Source: a virus (Duplodnaviria; Heunggongvirae; Uroviricota; Caudoviricetes). From it: a stretch of 27,052 bases of DNA. The notes beneath the pieces were generated by a model. It made no database searches and was not told the origin of the DNA. It saw only the letters and a program-made list of their open reading frames with translations. Where the stretch lies: the IMG/VR virus record IMGVR_UViG_2541047934_000004, positions 1 through 27,052 of that record. One strand, written 5' to 3'. Made by a program: the position numbers and the translations under genes. Below, in pieces: positions 25,396-27,052 of the stretch. How positions within the stretch are numbered: position 1 is the first letter of the stretch; each line of letters starts with the position of its first letter.

Positions 25396-25993
25396 TCTGC
25401 TGCCACCGGGTTCAACACCACTGGAGCGCCGACTGGCGCAAACCTGCAGCGGGATTTCTGATCTGCAGGTGCCGCTTCGTGACTTGTGGAATCCGGCAAC
25501 CTGTCCGGTCAGTTTCCTGCCTTATCTCGCCTGGGCGTTCTCTGTGGATCGCTGGGACGAGGGCTGGACAGAAAGCGTCAAGCGCCAGGTGGTGAAGGAT
25601 GCTTTTTATATTCATCAGCATAAAGGGACCACCAGTGCCGTGCGGCGGGTGGTGGAGCCGTTCGGATTCCTGATCCGCATTATTGAGTGGTGGCAGACCG
25701 GAGAAACACCGGGCACGTTTCGCCTGGATATCGGCGTGCAGGACCAGGGCATCACTGAAGATACCTATCTGGAACTTGAGCGACTGATAAGCGATGCCAA
25801 ACCATGTAGCCGCCACATGATCGGCATGTCCATCAATCTGCAGACCAGCGGCCCGCATTGGGTGGGAGCCGCCAGCTATCTTGGCGAAGAAATCACGATC
25901 TATCCGTATATCAACGAAACGATTATTTCCGGTGGCACCGCGCATGAAGGCGGGGCGGTCCATGTTATTGACACAATGAGAGTGAATCCATGA
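25388..25993 (+). CDS. I: Baseplate protein (P2 gpI)
   Basis: 201 aa, start overlaps J stop, ggagg RBS. Confidence 0.8.
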   Translation: MNSLLPPGSTPLERRLAQTCSGISDLQVPLRDLWNPATCPVSFLPYLAWAFSVDRWDEGWTESVKRQVVKDAFYIHQHKGTTSAVRRVVEPFGFLIRIIEWWQTGETPGTFRLDIGVQDQGITEDTYLELERLISDAKPCSRHMIGMSINLQTSGPHWVGAASYLGEEITIYPYINETIISGGTAHEGGAVHVIDTMRVNP

Positions 25994-27052
25994 GCACAAA
26001 ATTTTATACCCTGCTGACGGATATTGGCGCGGCGAAACTTGCCAGCGCCGCCGCGCTCGGTGTGCCGCTAAAAATTACCCATATGGCGGTGGGCGATGGC
26101 AGTGGAGTATTGCCAACGCCGGACGCAAAGCAGACGGCACTGGTAAATGAGAAACGCCGGGCTGCGCTGAATATGCTTTATATCGACCCGCAGAACAGCA
26201 GCCAGATTATTGCCGAACAGGTGATCCCTGAAAACGAGGGCGGTTGGTGGATACGTGAAGTGGGCTTGTTTGATGAGTCCGGGGCATTGATTGCCGTGGG
26301 CAACTGCCCGGAAAGCTATAAGCCGCAACTGGCTGAAGGTAGCGGGCGCACTCAGACCGTGCGCATGGTGCTGATTACCAGCAGCACGGACAATATCACC
26401 CTGAAAATCGACCCTGCTGTAGTGCTGGCAACCCGCAAGTATGTGGATGACAAGGCACTGGAGCTGAAGGTGTACGCGGATGATCAGATGGCAAAACATC
26501 TTGCCGCACCGGACCCGCATTCACAGTACGCGCCAAAAGCCAGCCCGACATTTACCGGAACCCCCAAAGCGCCAACGCCAGCGGCGGGGAATAATACCAC
26601 GCAGGTTGCGACCACTGCGTTTGTACAGGCGGCACTGACGGCCCTTATTAATGGTGCGCCAGCCACGCTGGACACGCTGAAAGAAATAGCCGCAGCCATT
26701 AACAATGATCCGAATTTCAGTACCACCATTAACAATGCGCTGGCACTAAAAGCACCGTTGTCGAGTCCGGCACTCACCGGAACGCCAACAGCCCCCACGG
26801 CGGCGCAGTCGGTCAACAATACACAGATTGCCACTACGGCTTTTGTGAAATCGGCGATTGCAGGAATGGTGGGTTCTGCACCTGCTGCACTGGATACACT
26901 GAACGAACTGGCGGCGGCACTGGGGAATGATCCGAACTTTGCCACGACAATGCTTAATGCGCTGGCAGGTAAACAACCGCTGGACAATACGCTTACCAAT
27001 TTGAGTGGAAAGGATGTAGCTGGTCTTCTCACATACCTTGGTTTAGGAGAAG
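25990..27052 (+). CDS. H: Tail fibre protein (P2 gpH), N-terminal part; 3' end outside window
   Basis: Frame open from ATG 25990 (overlapping I stop) to the window end; N-terminus MSTKFYTLLTDIGAAKLASAAALGVPLKITHMAVGDGSG matches P2 gpH as I recall it. Confidence 0.85.
   Translation, partial: MSTKFYTLLTDIGAAKLASAAALGVPLKITHMAVGDGSGVLPTPDAKQTALVNEKRRAALNMLYIDPQNSSQIIAEQVIPENEGGWWIREVGLFDESGALIAVGNCPESYKPQLAEGSGRTQTVRMVLITSSTDNITLKIDPAVVLATRKYVDDKALELKVYADDQMAKHLAAPDPHSQYAPKASPTFTGTPKAPTPAAGNNTTQVATTAFVQAALTALINGAPATLDTLKEIAAAINNDPNFSTTINNALALKAPLSSPALTGTPTAPTAAQSVNNTQIATTAFVKSAIAGMVGSAPAALDTLNELAAALGNDPNFATTMLNALAGKQPLDNTLTNLSGKDVAGLLTYLGLGE
26545..26988 (+). repeat. Imperfect tandem duplication (~222 nt / 74 aa period) inside tail fibre gene H
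   Basis: PTFTGTPKAPTPAAGNNTTQVATTAFVQAALTALINGAPATLDTLKEIAAAINNDPNFSTTINNALALKAP is followed by PALTGTPTAPTAAQSVNNTQIATTAFVKSAIAGMVGSAPAALDTLNELAAALGNDPNFATTMLNALAGKQP. Confidence 0.5.

Larger units (their letters stand above)
1..27052. mobile_element. Tandem prophage region: P4-like satellite arm (1-4517) abutting a P2/186-like prophage (4518-27052, continues beyond window)
   Basis: Gene content and order match P4 (delta-psu-cos-cargo-int-att) and P2/186 prophage (int-cI-apl-cII-...-A-tum-cos-Q-P-O-N-M-L-X-lysis-R-S-V-W-J-I-H). The internal boundary is placed at the end of the 45-nt tmRNA 3'-end copy. Confidence 0.8.

Noticed and set aside
25412-27032. Minus-strand ORFs 25412-25999, 26068-26520, 26484-27032, 26746-26976
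   Set aside because: Antisense to I and to the tail fibre gene, whose plus-strand frame matches P2 gpH.
1-27052. CRISPR array or other short regularly spaced repeats
   Set aside because: No series of regularly spaced direct repeats seen; the only tandem repetition is the protein-coding duplication in the tail fibre gene.

Overview
This window is almost entirely mobile DNA, read as two phage-derived elements lying head to tail. Positions 1-4517 are the right arm of a P4-like phage satellite: the C-terminal part of a Delta/Ogr zinc-finger activator, Psu, a canonical P2/P4-type cos 19-mer, one AT-rich cargo gene encoding a NACHT/STAND NTPase, a P4-type integrase, and a 45-nt copy of the ssrA (tmRNA) 3' end with its terminator, which is the att core. 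From 4518 to the window end is the left ~22.5 kb of a P2/186-like (helper-type) prophage: an AT-rich membrane-protein cargo ORF, integrase, 186-type CI, Apl/Cox, CII, small early ORFs, a TraR/DksA zinc finger, Dam methyltransferase, replication protein A, a Tum/DinI-like operon, a cos-like 19-mer, an AT-rich 469-aa cargo gene of unknown function, then Q, P, O, N, M, L, X, a holin/SAR-endolysin/LysA/LysB/LysC lysis cassette, R, S, V, W, J, I and the 5' part of tail fibre H. The three AT-rich cargo genes sit at accessory positions where phage defence genes are typically carried, and are the best candidates for a new system. All family assignments come from reading the translations and remembered family signatures and synteny; no database search or computation was run, and G+C statements are by-eye estimates.
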